64,000 nt of DNA from assembly GCA_964623205.1 (NCBI GenBank), contig CAZUQX010000007.1, positions 12,665-76,664 on the forward strand, given 5' to 3'. Source of the stretch: an uncultured Candidatus Bathyarchaeia archaeon (GTDB taxonomy: Archaea > Thermoproteota > Bathyarchaeia > Bathyarchaeales > Bathyarchaeaceae). Within the stretch, counting starts at the first letter, position 1. Every line of letters begins with the position of its first letter. The position numbers and the translations under genes were made by a program. A model generated the notes under the pieces. That model worked only from the letters and a program-made list of their open reading frames with translations, was not told the origin of the DNA and did no database searches. Positions 61,558 to 64,000 of this stretch are shown piece by piece.

Positions 61558-62991
61558 ATGAAGTTCTCGTTCATAAATCCAAGCCCCCCTTCAGAATCAA
61601 TGTATATGGTTCCAACAGCGTGGCCCCCTCTAGGAATTCTGTATTGTGCGGGAGTCCTAAAGGAGGGGGGAATTGAGGTTTCTCTACTCGACCAACCCGC
61701 TAAAGGTTTCTCATTGGATCAAACAGTGAATTGGGTGAAAAAAGAGGGCCCAGACATCATAGGTTTCTCAGTTTTGCTCAGCGCTGCGAAGGAGGCTCCA
61801 AAGATTGCTGAACGCGTTAAAGTGGAAAATCCCAATATAACAGTAGTCTTTGGGAGCCATCATGCAACTTTCAACGCTGGGAGAATTCTTAAGAAATATC
61901 CTTTTGTGGACATTGTGGTTAGGGGGGAGGGCGAGCACACGAGCCTCGAGATTGCGAGGTGTTTAGAAAAACATAGAGACCTTGACAAAATTGAAGGGAT
62001 AACCTTCAGGAAAAATGGTAGAATCGTCTCTAACCCTGACAGACCATTGAATAAAGATGTGGATGCTCTTCCCTTCCCTGATCGCAATCTTGCAGGGGTC
62101 CAATACGTTTCCGCAATCTTTGGAGCTAAAATCAACACCAAAAAGTTTACCACTATCCTCTCATCCCGTGGGTGTCCCTTCAACTGCAGTTTCTGTGGAA
62201 TCAGAAAGTTCACTCGGAGAGCTTGGAGACCTCGATCAGTTGAGAACGTTATGGCAGAACTAGAGTATCTGCAGAGCGAAGGCTATGAACAATTTCTCTT
62301 TGCAGATGACAACTTTACCCTTGACGCTAAGAGAGTGTCAAAGCTTTGCCGAAGCATAAAGAAGGAAGGGATGGACATCGAGTGGTTCTGCGATTCGCGA
62401 GTGGATCACGTCAGTTATGACATGTTCAGAGAGATGGCGAAGACCGGATGCAGATGCCTCTTCTTTGGGATAGAGAGTGCCAATCAAAGGATTTTAGACT
62501 ATTACAAGAAAGGCATCACCCCAGAACAGACAGAAAAGGCAGTCCGCAAGGCCAGAAGGGCTGGCATAGACATAATCGTGGGTTCCTTTATCGTGGGGGC
62601 TCCTGACGAAACCCAGCGGGAGATCATAAACACGTTGCAGTTCGCAAACAAATTGGACATTGATGTGCCTGACGTCAACATTCTAGGGGCTCATGTGGGA
62701 ACGGACATATGGAATGATCTTGTGGCGAAGGGGCTTCTGAACGAGGAGAAACAGTGGGAGGATGAGGTCTGTATTCCCAGAGATTTGCCAACTCCTGTTC
62801 CCTACGAAGAGGTGAGGTCGCTCATATTCGAGTACTTCCGAGCTTTCTATCTCAATCCAAAACAATTGTTGACGGAGTTGTTGAGAATTTCAAAGAGCAG
62901 TTTCAGGATAGCTGCTGTCATACAAAACCTGGTTGGTTTTCCCCAATTAATTGAGACTCTGACTCGAGCAATCAGGCGAGACGAAAACTGA
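61558..62991 (+). CDS. B12-binding-domain radical SAM enzyme
   Basis: N-terminal B12-binding-like domain (PDIIGFSVL). Radical SAM cluster motif SSRGCPFNCSFCG (CxxxCxxC). Confidence 0.8.
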   Translation: MKFSFINPSPPSESMYMVPTAWPPLGILYCAGVLKEGGIEVSLLDQPAKGFSLDQTVNWVKKEGPDIIGFSVLLSAAKEAPKIAERVKVENPNITVVFGSHHATFNAGRILKKYPFVDIVVRGEGEHTSLEIARCLEKHRDLDKIEGITFRKNGRIVSNPDRPLNKDVDALPFPDRNLAGVQYVSAIFGAKINTKKFTTILSSRGCPFNCSFCGIRKFTRRAWRPRSVENVMAELEYLQSEGYEQFLFADDNFTLDAKRVSKLCRSIKKEGMDIEWFCDSRVDHVSYDMFREMAKTGCRCLFFGIESANQRILDYYKKGITPEQTEKAVRKARRAGIDIIVGSFIVGAPDETQREIINTLQFANKLDIDVPDVNILGAHVGTDIWNDLVAKGLLNEEKQWEDEVCIPRDLPTPVPYEEVRSLIFEYFRAFYLNPKQLLTELLRISKSSFRIAAVIQNLVGFPQLIETLTRAIRRDEN

Positions 62992-63051
62992 AAAGCTGAT
63001 AAGTAAAATAGTAGTTCGACTGAATATTTGTGTAGTTTGGGGAAAAGGCTC

Positions 63052-64000
63052 ATGTCGCAGGGAAACGAAAGCGCCAGAAAAGAGATTGAGATATTGAGGA
63101 TTTTGAGCGAGTTTGATAGTCCTGTGGGTTCAACATTACTCAAGCGGGAGTTAAGAAAAAGAGGTTTTCTTCTCAGCGAAAGAACTGTTAGATACCACCT
63201 TCTCCTGTTAGAGGCAAAAGGCTTCGTGTTAGGGCACAATCGAAGAGGAAGAACAATAACCCCGAAGGGTCTTGAGGAACTGAGCAGAGCCCTAGCCTCT
63301 CAAAGGCTCGGTTTCACCACAACCCGGTTTATGTCCTTAGCCTATTCGGCGACCTATGACCCCGCCGTAGACTCGGGAACGGTTGTTGCGAATGTGTCAA
63401 TTTTGGATAAGCGTCTTCGTGACAAAACTTTGGAGACTGTGAAAGCTCTGCACAGGATGAATCTATTGTCAGCACCATACATCAAACTGCTGGACGAAAA
63501 TGAAGAATACTGTGACATACATGTTCCTAAGGGAAAGATTGCGCTCTTCACAGTCTGCAACTTAACCATAGATGGCATTCTAATCCACTCGGGAATCCCC
63601 CTGTCTTTTGAATGTGGTGGTCTTGTTCAAGTGGTAAATCGTAAACCCATCCGGTTCGCGGAAATAGTCTCCTACGAAGGAACCACTATACCGCCCCTAG
63701 AAGTGTTCGTATACAATAAGACGACTTCCATCACAAGAATATTGAAAACCGGGTCAGGGATGATACTGGCGACCTTGAGGGAGATACCTGCGGAAGCGAG
63801 GGAGAAGACAGTTAAGATTCTTGAAGGTCAAAAGAAAAAGGGGTGGGGAGGAATTCTGGTTTTGGGAGAGCCTAATGAGCCGATACTTGGAGTACCGATA
63901 GGCATGGACAGATTCGGCGTATGCATGGTTGGCGGCATCGTCCCCGCAGCAGCCATGGCAGAGGAAGGAGCACAAATTGTCACCGCAGCCCCCCACTGCT
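63052..64000 (+). CDS. nrpR: NrpR-like regulator (wHTH + NrpR/DUF128-type domains); 3' end beyond window
   Basis: Not in the ORF track because no stop falls inside the window. My own translation from ATG 63052 gives MSQGNESARKEIEILRILSEFDSPVGSTLLKRELRKRGFLLSERTVRYHLLLLEAKGFV...GRTITPKGLEEL. The frame is then open to nt 64000. Confidence 0.6.
   Translation, partial: MSQGNESARKEIEILRILSEFDSPVGSTLLKRELRKRGFLLSERTVRYHLLLLEAKGFVLGHNRRGRTITPKGLEELSRALASQRLGFTTTRFMSLAYSATYDPAVDSGTVVANVSILDKRLRDKTLETVKALHRMNLLSAPYIKLLDENEEYCDIHVPKGKIALFTVCNLTIDGILIHSGIPLSFECGGLVQVVNRKPIRFAEIVSYEGTTIPPLEVFVYNKTTSITRILKTGSGMILATLREIPAEAREKTVKILEGQKKKGWGGILVLGEPNEPILGVPIGMDRFGVCMVGGIVPAAAMAEEGAQIVTAAPHC

Overview
This is an archaeal chromosomal segment. 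The archaeal hallmarks are gatD-gatE, TFB, Elp3, NucS, an Nre-like protein, class-V FBP aldolase/phosphatase, archaeal-type TIM, a BHB-type tRNA intron and a PEF-CTERM sorting signal. Lineage cannot be fixed from sequence alone. Roughly 1-32.3 kb and 49.2-64 kb are host-like, with moderate GC. They hold transport and stress genes, a tRNA-related minus-strand gene string (SAM-MTase, Elp3, GatD, GatE), a glycogen/gluconeogenesis neighbourhood at 19-31 kb, tRNA-Arg followed by argS, an M50 protease, an MgtE-like transporter with PhoU/TrkA-C partners, TFB, a B12 radical-SAM enzyme and an NrpR-like gene running off the right edge. Between them lies a visibly AT-rich island of about 16.9 kb (32298-49148). 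I can delimit it to the nucleotide: a 10-bp direct repeat (TTGTTGAAAA) sits at both ends, each flanked on the island side by a 10-bp arm, and the two arms are exact reverse complements. The right site is 5 bp from a tyrosine-recombinase gene. A degenerate internal copy of the reconstructed attP (41312-41341) suggests two fused elements. The cargo is defence-like. It includes a four-gene cassette (small 2TM peptide, SMODS-type nucleotidyltransferase, SLATT-type 2TM protein, Shedu/DUF4263-like nuclease), a Type IIG restriction-modification enzyme, a P-loop ATPase, an orphan TIR-like effector, and plasmid- or virus-like ORFans. Other notable items are a tRNA-Arg(CCG) with a 26-nt non-canonical intron (position 29/30) and a clean BHB motif, a membrane-anchored collagen-like protein inside the glycogen cluster, a YHS domain fused to an alpha-glucan phosphorylase with a 47-aa YHS mini-ORF missing from the ORF track, and a C-terminal module shared by the GH57 enzyme and a wHTH protein. 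I saw no rRNA and no CRISPR array. All family assignments come from motif reading and memory, not database searches.
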